From an uncultured Thermodesulfobacteriota bacterium (GTDB lineage: Bacteria > Desulfobacterota > Zymogenia > Zymogenales > Zymogenaceae), in the NCBI GenBank assembly GCA_964542895.1, contig CAZIWT010000001.1, positions 30,573 to 94,572 on the forward strand: 64,000 nt of DNA. Direction: 5' to 3'. This document shows positions 8,911 to 17,532 of this stretch, piece after piece (positions within the stretch are counted from its first letter, which is position 1; the number at the start of each line of letters is the position of its first letter). The notes below the pieces were generated by a model, which was not told the DNA's origin, made no database searches, and saw only the letters and a list, made by a program, of their open reading frames with translations. Made by a program: the position numbers and the translations under genes.

Positions 8911-8931
8911 CAAACAAACCAAACAAACAAA
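8911..8931. repeat. imperfect tetranucleotide repeat (CAAA)n / (TTTG)n, ~5 units, 3 nt downstream of the GT2 stop codon
   Basis: The plus strand reads caaacaaaccaaacaaacaaa. It lies in the 108-nt spacer between the GT2 and methyltransferase genes. Confidence 0.6.
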
Positions 8932-8933
8932 TT

Positions 8934-9890
8934 TCAAATATCCTCGAAGAGGGATTTCGCAAATCCGGAGATCCCCCATGAAACTATCTTCAAGTTGCCC
9001 CTCTTTACCGCCTGGAAGGGGAGCCTCAAAACGAAGTGGAGGCATTGAAGGGGGAAAACATACGCCGGGAAGTTCTTCCTGTAGAAACGGCACAGGTTAT
9101 GGCCGTACCAGAAGAACCAATCCCTCGTGTTCTTGGGCCTGCACCCCCCCGTTTGCTCCAGCAGGTGGATGAGGGAAGCCCCGGGGCAAAAAAGCATCCT
9201 GTATCCCAGCCTCCTAACCCTTAAGGACATGTCCGCATCCTCGAGGTGGGCTGTCCCCCCGAAGGCGAGATCAAATCCTCCCGCCTTTACAAGGGCCTGT
9301 TTAAGAAATGACATGTTGCAGCCCCTGGCGTGATCGGCCGTTGTGGGGACGTCGGAATCGAAATTTTCGCGGATCAAAAGACCGAAGAGCCTTACCTTCG
9401 CGATCCTCTTCGGGTTTTGTTCCACTTCATGCGATATCTCACCCGGCGGCAAAATCCTTCCGGCGACGCCCCCCACATTGTCCACGCCGCCGCCCCCGTA
9501 GGCCGCGACGTGGGCGGAGACGAGCCGTTCGTCCGGAACGACATCGTCGTCCAAGAAGATCACCACATCCCCCCCCGCCTTTTCTATCCCCACGTTCCTG
9601 GCGTTTGTAAGCCCCGGCTCGTCGATCTTGACGTAGACTATTCTATCCCGATTCGCCTTTACAAACTCGATCACGGATTCATCCGGGTCGGGGGTCTGAT
9701 CGACCACGATTATCTCGCAGCCGTTACAGCCCGAAGAGAGGAGATGACTTAACGTATCGATCAGGAGCTCCCCCCTCCCGATCGTCGGGATCACCACCGA
9801 GGCCCTTGGAGTGTCTGCAGACATCATGGTAACTATTATATCATCTAAAGGGCGGATTTGAAAATCGATTTGACCCCAATCCTCAAACAA
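8934..9890 (-). CDS. glycosyltransferase family 2
   Basis: VVIPTIGRGELL... N-terminus and DxD motif (FLDDDVV) typical of GT-A/GT2. 318 aa. Confidence 0.85.
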   Translation of the reverse strand: MFEDWGQIDFQIRPLDDIIVTMMSADTPRASVVIPTIGRGELLIDTLSHLLSSGCNGCEIIVVDQTPDPDESVIEFVKANRDRIVYVKIDEPGLTNARNVGIEKAGGDVVIFLDDDVVPDERLVSAHVAAYGGGGVDNVGGVAGRILPPGEISHEVEQNPKRIAKVRLFGLLIRENFDSDVPTTADHARGCNMSFLKQALVKAGGFDLAFGGTAHLEDADMSLRVRRLGYRMLFCPGASLIHLLEQTGGCRPKNTRDWFFWYGHNLCRFYRKNFPAYVFPLQCLHFVLRLPFQAVKRGNLKIVSWGISGFAKSLFEDI

Positions 9891-9951
9891 CGCCTTGTAA
9901 AATTTTCAAAAACCCGCTGCCTGAAAAAACCGGCCTTTTTCCGGCTCTAAA

Positions 9952-11139
9952 TCATCTCCTCGACCGCTCATACTCCCGGTGAAGTTCTAATATCTCATCG
10001 GCCCTGAGCCTCCAGTCGAACGTGCGCGCCCTCTCAAGCCCCCGCCTCCCCAAATCCCCGGTCCCCTTCGGATCGTCGAGAAGCCCGATTACCGCGTCAG
10101 TTAGCCCCCCGACGTCTTCCGGGTCGACGAGGACACCGCTCACTCCCTCCTCGACGGCGAACACGGCACCGCCGCTCCTTCCGCCCACCACCGGCTTTGC
10201 CGACGCCCCCGCCTCGATGAACGATATCCCGAATCCCTCGATCGAGTCGGTGGAGTCCTTTACCTCCCTGTTCGGCATCACGTATATGTCGGAGAGCCTG
10301 TAGTGATCCGGCAGCTCCGTGTCCGAAACTTTCCCTGCGAAAATAACGTTGCCTAAAACCCCCACATCCCTGGCAAGCTCCTCAAGCGACCTTCGGTAGG
10401 GCCCGTGCCCGACGATCAGATAGACGACGTCGGGGTGCTTCTTCAAGATACCGGGAAGCGCCGAGATCACCGTGTCCTGGCCCTTCCTCGGCGTTAGGCG
10501 GGCCACGGTCATGAGCACGGTTTTGCCCTTAACCCCGTACCTCTCCATCAGCTCCAACGGCGGCTTCCCGGGGGAGAAGGTCTCGGTGTCCACCCCCGGA
10601 ATTATCTCTATTATCTTATCCCGCGACACGCCGTATTCCAAAAACTCCTCCGTGATCACGGGGCTGACCGATACGATTCGATCGGCGCCCCCGATCAGGC
10701 GATCGATTAATAACCTGTGGATAGGGCTCTTCATGTAGATAGGCCTGGTCTCGTCCCCGTAGACCCACACTACGTAGGGGATGCCGAGTATCTTTTTAAA
10801 AATATACCCGATGACCCCCCCGTTCAGTATCTGCCCCGCATGGAGAAGCCTTACCCGGTGGCGCAGAGAGAGACGGAGGGCGTAAAGAAACTGCACGCTG
10901 AAATTGAAGACCTTTATAAAAATCGACTTCACGGGAATCGCCGGATACCTGACAACATTTCTGCCGCTCTCTTTGTCAAAGGCGGCTGACCCTTCCACGC
11001 TCGGCGCCAGTATCAGATCTTGGTCACTCGGGAGGAAGAGCCAGATCCGGTAAAAGAGGGTCGATATCCCGCTAATCGTCGGTGGGTAATCGTTTGTCAA
11101 CAGAAGCATCTTCACGTTTAACCCGTTTTTTTTCGCCAA
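9952..11139 (-). CDS. glycosyltransferase family 4
   Basis: 395 aa, GT-B fold with C-terminal ...YVMPNREVKDSTDSIEGFGISFIEAGASAKPVVGGRSGG. Confidence 0.8.
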   Translation of the reverse strand: MAKKNGLNVKMLLLTNDYPPTISGISTLFYRIWLFLPSDQDLILAPSVEGSAAFDKESGRNVVRYPAIPVKSIFIKVFNFSVQFLYALRLSLRHRVRLLHAGQILNGGVIGYIFKKILGIPYVVWVYGDETRPIYMKSPIHRLLIDRLIGGADRIVSVSPVITEEFLEYGVSRDKIIEIIPGVDTETFSPGKPPLELMERYGVKGKTVLMTVARLTPRKGQDTVISALPGILKKHPDVVYLIVGHGPYRRSLEELARDVGVLGNVIFAGKVSDTELPDHYRLSDIYVMPNREVKDSTDSIEGFGISFIEAGASAKPVVGGRSGGAVFAVEEGVSGVLVDPEDVGGLTDAVIGLLDDPKGTGDLGRRGLERARTFDWRLRADEILELHREYERSRR

Positions 11140-11181
11140 AAATCTAAATACATTTATATATAGTCCGTAAGAACCAAAGCA

Positions 11182-12372
11182 TTACAGCCCGTCTATGATT
11201 TCAAGGAGCCTCGTTGCCGTCCGCCTCCAGTTGAAGTTCTCGACGATCACCCTCCTCGCCCCGCCCCCTATCCTCTCCCTCAACTTGTGGTCGTCGATAA
11301 GGGTAATTATCGCACCGGCCAGCTTCTTCGGGCTCACATCCTCAATGAAGAAGAAGTCCTCGCCGTGGGTCAGCGGCACGTCGAAGAGGGTCCTGTAATT
11401 TCTTATCACGGCGCCCCCCGACGACATATATTCCAGTGTCTTCATGCTGTTTCCCCACCTCTTCGGGTCCGTCGTCACGAAGATCAGGGCCGAAGAGGCC
11501 CGAAGGAAGTCCGGGATCTCGCTGTGAGGCCTAACACCGAGGAAGAGCACCCTCTCCGAAAGCCGGTTTTCTTCAACGATCTTCCGGCAGAGGTTAAGGT
11601 CGTGCCCGTCCCCGATCATTAGAAAATCGACGTCGCCGCGCTTCCTTACAATATATTTAGAGGCCTTGACGATTACGGTGGTGGAGGAGTGGGGATAGAA
11701 CGAGCCGACGAACGTGACGTAGCTCCTCTTCGGATCGAGCTCGATCCCCCCGAGCCGGGAGATGTTCTCGATCGCGCGGCCCTTTTCCCCCGGCGAGAAG
11801 AGGTCCGTATCGACGCCGTTGGGCACCATATAAGTCTTCCCTACATCGAGAGCGTACATCTCGACGTGTCTCTCCTTTAGCTCGCTGGAGACGAAGACGA
11901 GGGCCTTGGCCAGTGTGAAGTTTATCCTCTGCATGAGACGGAAGAACCGGATCTTCAGCGATGATGTGCCGATGATCTTGAGATCATCTATAAGAAATCC
12001 GTTGATCTCGACTATCGTGGGGGCCCCGATAACCTTACAGGCGACTAACAGGAAGAACATCAGGCTCATCTCGCGGCAGTAGAGCACCCTCGGCTTGAGC
12101 TTCATCCCGTAAAAGAGGACGTAGAGCGGGAGCAAGAGGAGGTACAGGTACTCGCCGACAATCCTGATATTAAACGTGGGTACGTAAACCACCCGGCATT
12201 CGGGCGGCACCCGAAAGGGAAAGGTGGACGGGCAAAATAGCGTCACCGACCTTCCCATTTTAACCCAGTTATCCACCACTTCTCTGATGTGGACGGTCCA
12301 CGCCACCTCCCTGGTCAAATCCTCGTAACAGGCGTAAAATATCCCGCCTCTATTTTTCCTTTTTCCCCTCAC
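11182..12372 (-). CDS. glycosyltransferase family 4
   Basis: 396 aa; C-terminal GT1/GT4 domain (...LIFVTTDPKRWGNSMKTLEYMSSGGAVI...). Confidence 0.75.
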   Translation of the reverse strand: MRGKRKNRGGIFYACYEDLTREVAWTVHIREVVDNWVKMGRSVTLFCPSTFPFRVPPECRVVYVPTFNIRIVGEYLYLLLLPLYVLFYGMKLKPRVLYCREMSLMFFLLVACKVIGAPTIVEINGFLIDDLKIIGTSSLKIRFFRLMQRINFTLAKALVFVSSELKERHVEMYALDVGKTYMVPNGVDTDLFSPGEKGRAIENISRLGGIELDPKRSYVTFVGSFYPHSSTTVIVKASKYIVRKRGDVDFLMIGDGHDLNLCRKIVEENRLSERVLFLGVRPHSEIPDFLRASSALIFVTTDPKRWGNSMKTLEYMSSGGAVIRNYRTLFDVPLTHGEDFFFIEDVSPKKLAGAIITLIDDHKLRERIGGGARRVIVENFNWRRTATRLLEIIDGL

Positions 12373-13541
12373 ACTCCCCCCGTCGAGTACTTCGCAAAAA
12401 GAGCTTTTATGCTCTTAGCCACATCCCTGATATTGAACTTCTTAACGACCTTTTTCCTCCCCTCGATAGAAAACCTCCTTCTCAGGTCGTCGTCCGTAAG
12501 GAGCCTCTCTACGGCATCCGCTATCGCCTTTGTATCCTTTTCTCCAACCAGAATCCCGCTCTTTCCGTCGTCAACCAGCTCCGGTATCCCGGATATGTTT
12601 GTCGATATTACGGGTATGCCCGCTGCCATCGCCTCCATCATGACCACGGGGACGCCGTCGTGGTGGCCGTCCGGCGCCGTAATGCACGGAAGGACAAATA
12701 GATCGGCCCTCCGGTAATATTCCAATATATCGCGGTTTTCGACCTCCCCTGTAAACTCCACGTCGATCCCCAACATCGAAGCCTCTTTAGTCAGCTCCCC
12801 CCTCATAGGGCCGTCGCCTACGATCACGAGCTTTTTCTTCAGCCTCCTGACCCTGTCGCTCGATACCGCCTTCAGCAAAAAGGGTATCCCCTTCGGCGGG
12901 ACGAGACCCGCAACCGCGAGGATGATCCGGTCCCCGTCCGGCGTCAAATCGGCCCCCTCGTCCGGGCGAAAGCGCTCCGTGTCCACGCCGCAGGGTACGA
13001 CGTGGAAATTTTCGCCGTCAAGGCCGGTTTTTTTCACCAGATGTTTCCTGTTGAACTCGGATATGCACCTGACGAAGGCCGCCTTCCGACACTTCTCCGC
13101 GTGAAACCCCCAGTCGATCGGCTCCCTGTAGAGGTCGTAGCCGTGGCCGGTAAAGGCAAAGGGAATCCCCGTCAGCTCAGACACCGCCATCGCCGAGGCC
13201 GCCGGCCCGGTGGCGAAGTGGGCGTGGATGATCCCGACGCCTCTCTCCTTTATCCCCCCCGCCATGGCGAGGGTCGAGATCGCGATCCGCCATCCGGCGT
13301 ATCTCCTCATCCTACCGAAGCGGTTGCGGGTCACGGAGGGCCCCCCTAAAAATCGCCCTGTGAGATTAAGAATGTCGCGGCCGAGAGACCTCTCCTCCGG
13401 CTCCGCGTAGGGCGAAAAATCCGAGTACGCCGCGGGATTGTTCGGGTTGATGTCTATCTCGACTCCGATATCCTTAAGCGCCTCCAACTCGTAGGTGAGC
13501 CAGCCCGGCTTTATCCCCTCCAATATATATGCGACCTTCAT
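12369..13541 (-). CDS. glycosyltransferase family 4
   Basis: 390 aa; ...LFVLPCITAPDGHHDGVPVVMMEAMAAGIPVISTNISGIPE... 4-nt overlaps with both neighbours. Confidence 0.8.
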   Translation of the reverse strand: MKVAYILEGIKPGWLTYELEALKDIGVEIDINPNNPAAYSDFSPYAEPEERSLGRDILNLTGRFLGGPSVTRNRFGRMRRYAGWRIAISTLAMAGGIKERGVGIIHAHFATGPAASAMAVSELTGIPFAFTGHGYDLYREPIDWGFHAEKCRKAAFVRCISEFNRKHLVKKTGLDGENFHVVPCGVDTERFRPDEGADLTPDGDRIILAVAGLVPPKGIPFLLKAVSSDRVRRLKKKLVIVGDGPMRGELTKEASMLGIDVEFTGEVENRDILEYYRRADLFVLPCITAPDGHHDGVPVVMMEAMAAGIPVISTNISGIPELVDDGKSGILVGEKDTKAIADAVERLLTDDDLRRRFSIEGRKKVVKKFNIRDVAKSIKALFAKYSTGGV

Positions 13542-14812
13542 TTTTTCCCCTTCTCCGCCGTCAACCGGTCGAAGATTGCTGCGAGCCTCCCGGCCTGCCT
13601 CCGCCTCTCGAAGCGCTCGACCGCCTCGATATTCGGCGAGAACGTACCCTCCTTCTTCATATCGGCGATCTCCGCAAACGCCACCTTGAGTCTGCTACAC
13701 AGGGCTTTCGGGTCGTCCTCGTGGATTACGATGCCGGTTCCCGTCGACCTTACGAGGTCCGCGGTCTGACCTAAGGGAACGACGGCCAGGATGGGGCGCC
13801 CGGCCCCCATATACTCGAAGAGCTTGCCGGCGGCGTGATACGAGGCGTTCTCGTCCGCCTTTATCACCATAAGGTTGCAGTCCGATTCTGCGACGGCGTC
13901 AACCGCCTCCCGGTGAGTCATGTACCCCAGAAACTGGGAATTCCCACCGAGATGATCCCCTATCTCGGACTCTATCTCCCCCTCCATTACCCCTGCAAAC
14001 CTGAAGAGCAGCCTCTCCCTGAGAGAGGGCTCCTCCCTCAAGAGGCGCTCAACCGCCAAAAAAAAATACTTCGGGTAATTCCCACCGTAAAGGGAGCCGG
14101 AGTGCGTGATGATCAACTTGTTTGAATCGATCTTGCGATCCTTTTTACCGCTGAAGTCATCAGGATCGTAGCCGTTATATATAGTAACAAGGCGATCGGA
14201 ATCCACCCAGGGGAGTTCCCCGTAAATCCCCCTTGCCCTCTCCGTAATGCATATCGTCCGATCGGCGCCCCTCATCACCCCCCTCTCCATCATTTCGTTA
14301 ATCGACTCGACCCACCCGTTTGGAGGATTGAAGAGGTAATTCTTCGTCCACGGATCCCTGAAGTCGCAGACCCAGGGGAGCCGGGTGACCTTCTTCAACA
14401 AGAGGGCCGCAAGATGGGAGCTGTGGGGGGGCGATGTGGAATAGATCAGCCTGACATCATGTCTCTTAATCAGCCGAAGCGCCTTAAAGACGACCGATAA
14501 CGCCCAGATGATCCTGTCGTCCGGGATGAAGACGTTTTTTATCAGTCTCTCCGCAAAGGCCTTCGACGTAATCCTTTCGAGGGCGGAGATGAGAAATCGG
14601 GGCCTCAAGGGGGGAGTCCGCCTTATAATCGTACCCTTCGGTATCTCGTCAAGGAGCGTCTCGTCCCGAACCCAGTAGGTTTTGTCATCGGCGGCGCAAA
14701 CCAAAGCCTCCCACCCGAACTCGGGGAGATACTTGACGAACTTGACCGTCCTCTGGACCCCGCCGCCCCCCATGGGGGGGAAGTTATACGATATAAAAAG
14801 GGCGCGCCTCAA
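13538..14812 (-). CDS. glycosyltransferase family 4
   Basis: 424 aa; N-terminal MRRALFISYNFPPMGGGGVQRT and C-terminal GT-B domain. Confidence 0.75.
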   Translation of the reverse strand: MRRALFISYNFPPMGGGGVQRTVKFVKYLPEFGWEALVCAADDKTYWVRDETLLDEIPKGTIIRRTPPLRPRFLISALERITSKAFAERLIKNVFIPDDRIIWALSVVFKALRLIKRHDVRLIYSTSPPHSSHLAALLLKKVTRLPWVCDFRDPWTKNYLFNPPNGWVESINEMMERGVMRGADRTICITERARGIYGELPWVDSDRLVTIYNGYDPDDFSGKKDRKIDSNKLIITHSGSLYGGNYPKYFFLAVERLLREEPSLRERLLFRFAGVMEGEIESEIGDHLGGNSQFLGYMTHREAVDAVAESDCNLMVIKADENASYHAAGKLFEYMGAGRPILAVVPLGQTADLVRSTGTGIVIHEDDPKALCSRLKVAFAEIADMKKEGTFSPNIEAVERFERRRQAGRLAAIFDRLTAEKGKK

Positions 14813-14887
14813 CGAAATACCTCAAAAAAAGTGTGGAAATTTCAGCCCCTTGCCATCGATTGAATTTCAATAGGGAGCCCTTTACTG

Positions 14888-16090
14888 TCAGGACCGGGGA
14901 GACACCCCCTCGATAACCTCCGCGATCTTCCCGTACGTGGTTTCGTACGAGCATTTTTTAACCACCGCCTCCCTCGCCGCCCGGCCGAGCCTCTCCCTCA
15001 GGACACGATCCCTGATCGCCGATTCAAGCTTTTGGGCCAGGTCTTCGGGATTTTTCGGCTCAAAGGTAATCCCGTTCTCCTTGCTCCCGCCGCTTCCGCC
15101 AGAGGTGATCATCTCCGGTATCCCGGTGATCTCCGGCACCACGACGGTAAGTCCCACCGCCATCGCCTCCAGCATCGAGACGGGAAGCCCCTCCGAAACG
15201 CTCGAAAGGACGAATATATCGGAGACCCTGAGCCGATCCCGAAGCCGCCTTCCGTAAAGGCTCCCCGTGAACGTGACGAATCTTTCAAGACCGAGCTTTT
15301 CAACCATTCTTTGAAGATTTCCCCTCTCGGCGCCGTCCCCCACAACGGTCAAATGAAATTTGAGCTTCTTTTTTTTAAGAAGGCCCGTAGCCTTAAGCAG
15401 ATAGGGGTACCCCTTTACGGGATGCAACCTCCCCACGCTGATAATCTCGACGATTTCCCCCTTATCCCTTCCCACCCCAAGGGGGGAGAAGAGTTCCGTG
15501 TCCACGCTGTACGGTATTATCCTGACCCTATCCCCGGCTACATCCCCCCCTATCTCCACGATCTTTTTCTTATTGTATTCGGTCGGCGTTATAACGCTTT
15601 TTGCGTCCCTCAAGAGCTCGGCGGAGTCGCGGGGGGAAAGGAGGAGGAGATCGGAACCGTGGGCCGTAAAGGTGTAGGGGATGTCGATGAGTATCGAGGC
15701 GATCCTGGCCCTCGTTGCCGAGATGGACAACATGTGGGCGTGGATACGGCTTACACCGATGCCCTTCAGGACGAGCGCCGCCTCCAATGATTTTAATACA
15801 AATTTTATCCCGTACAGCCTCCTATACTCCAAAAAAAAATTCAGGACGGCCTTCGGCTTGATGATAAGGAATTTCAGAAGGGCGACGGCCCAGCGGGGAT
15901 ACAGAAGGGAGAACCGCCCGTAGTTGCAATCGTCCCCCTCCGCAATGGAGTCCGGGATATCCGACGTCTCTATATCCCATACGGGAAAGATGTAGACCTC
16001 GTTGCCCCTCTTTCTCAGAAACTCGATCTCCTTGTAAATAAATGTGGTTGATTTTTCCGGAAGGCTTTTTAGGAAATAAGCGATTTTCAC
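14888..16090 (-). CDS. glycosyltransferase family 4
   Basis: 400 aa; ...IFVLSSVSEGLPVSMLEAMAVGLTVVVPEITGIPE... Confidence 0.8.
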   Translation of the reverse strand: MKIAYFLKSLPEKSTTFIYKEIEFLRKRGNEVYIFPVWDIETSDIPDSIAEGDDCNYGRFSLLYPRWAVALLKFLIIKPKAVLNFFLEYRRLYGIKFVLKSLEAALVLKGIGVSRIHAHMLSISATRARIASILIDIPYTFTAHGSDLLLLSPRDSAELLRDAKSVITPTEYNKKKIVEIGGDVAGDRVRIIPYSVDTELFSPLGVGRDKGEIVEIISVGRLHPVKGYPYLLKATGLLKKKKLKFHLTVVGDGAERGNLQRMVEKLGLERFVTFTGSLYGRRLRDRLRVSDIFVLSSVSEGLPVSMLEAMAVGLTVVVPEITGIPEMITSGGSGGSKENGITFEPKNPEDLAQKLESAIRDRVLRERLGRAAREAVVKKCSYETTYGKIAEVIEGVSPRS

Positions 16091-17490
16091 TGTCCATCCC
16101 CGACCGTAATCTCCATTGTTGACTTCTCTATCTTTGACAGCAGGAAAATCGTCGCCATAAAAAACCAGAACGGCTCCATGATCCTTACAATAATGAAAGT
16201 CGCCGCACCTATAGAATGGGCGAGGAGGGCCAGCGTCGCCAGGAGCATCCCGAATGACAACCCCTTGAGAAGCCTGTCCCGGGCCTCCTTAAAGGTGGAG
16301 TAGAGAAAGACTATTATCCTGTAGATCAGGTAAAAAAAGGCGGCAATCCCCAAAAAGCCGGTCTCCGCCAGGACCCTGAAATACATGCTGTCTATTAACC
16401 CAATCCCCGTGACACCCCAGCCCAAGAGCGGTTTTTCAGACCATTTCGACAAGGCATGTCTGAAGGAGGTGATCCTGGCCGACGTAGAAGGATCCAGGTC
16501 TTTGCCCAGAAGGGTCTCGGTGCCCTCATAACCGGGATAAGGCACGAAGGTCTCGGTCACCCTCCCCTTGACCCTTTCCGGGAGCATAAAGGGCGAAAGC
16601 ACCAGAAGGATCAACAGAAGAGCGGCAAGGATGAGCTTCTTTTTTGAAAAGAAAAACATGGTTATAAACATCGGAATCACGGCGATATACGAGCTGCGTG
16701 ACAGGGTAAAGACAAAAGGGATCGAGAGCAGCGCGATTACACCGATGAGATACCTCTTGATCTTCCTGTCCTCAAGAGTCATTAAAAGCCCCGCCGAGAC
16801 GGAGATGATCAAAATCAGGTATCCCCCGAGGGTGTTCGGCTCTCCCGATGTCCCCTCGAACGGGGCGCTTACCCTTACCCCCTGGGGGATCTGGATAATC
16901 GCGTAAAGGGCGGTAAATATCGCGACAATAAAAGCCACGACGACGAAACGCTTGATTTGGCTCCTGTCCTCCAAATTGCTGACAAAAAGAAAGAAGACGA
17001 GGAAGTACTCCATATACTTAAATACATAAAGGAGACCCGACAGGAGGCTTACCTCTCCAACAAGCGATCCCCAGAGGGTTGATAATAGGGTGGCGGAAAT
17101 GTAGATCAGTATCGCGTTGTTAAGGGGGGTCCTAACGATAAGCCCGAGGCCCTTGTATATGGTGGTTTTCAGCACCCAGGACAAAAATACTATGACTATT
17201 ACCACATCCTCGATCCTGATTACGAGGCTTCGCTCCTCCTCCAGCCCGCCTCCGAGGGAAAACTCCGGCGAAAAGAGCATCGCGAAGATTATCAAGTAGA
17301 GGGCCATCTCCGTGTTGAAAAAGCATATCGCCGAAGAGATAACCCCGAGCAACAGGATCATCATCTTGAGCTCCACCCCCCCGGACAGAAAAAGGGCGAG
17401 AAGGGCGATGAATAAAATCATAACCCCGAACAATAAAATTGTGGGGGTGTTTAAATTTTCTGTAGACTCGTCTATTTTGGGCGCCTTCAT
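16087..17490 (-). CDS. O-antigen ligase / Wzy-like polysaccharide polymerase (polytopic membrane protein)
   Basis: 467 aa with ~10-12 hydrophobic helices and a large periplasmic loop. Embedded between glycosyltransferases and the Wzc-like gene. Confidence 0.7.
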   Translation of the reverse strand: MKAPKIDESTENLNTPTILLFGVMILFIALLALFLSGGVELKMMILLLGVISSAICFFNTEMALYLIIFAMLFSPEFSLGGGLEEERSLVIRIEDVVIVIVFLSWVLKTTIYKGLGLIVRTPLNNAILIYISATLLSTLWGSLVGEVSLLSGLLYVFKYMEYFLVFFLFVSNLEDRSQIKRFVVVAFIVAIFTALYAIIQIPQGVRVSAPFEGTSGEPNTLGGYLILIISVSAGLLMTLEDRKIKRYLIGVIALLSIPFVFTLSRSSYIAVIPMFITMFFFSKKKLILAALLLILLVLSPFMLPERVKGRVTETFVPYPGYEGTETLLGKDLDPSTSARITSFRHALSKWSEKPLLGWGVTGIGLIDSMYFRVLAETGFLGIAAFFYLIYRIIVFLYSTFKEARDRLLKGLSFGMLLATLALLAHSIGAATFIIVRIMEPFWFFMATIFLLSKIEKSTMEITVGDGQ

Positions 17491-17532
17491 GACAGGACCT
17501 ACATGAGAGAGGGGTTTTTCAGGGGAGCTTTC

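Noticed and set aside
15032-15790. 252-aa plus-strand ORF inside a GT4 gene
   Set aside because: Shadow ORF, low-complexity (Arg/Gly/Pro/His-rich). The GT4 reading frame on the minus strand is well supported.
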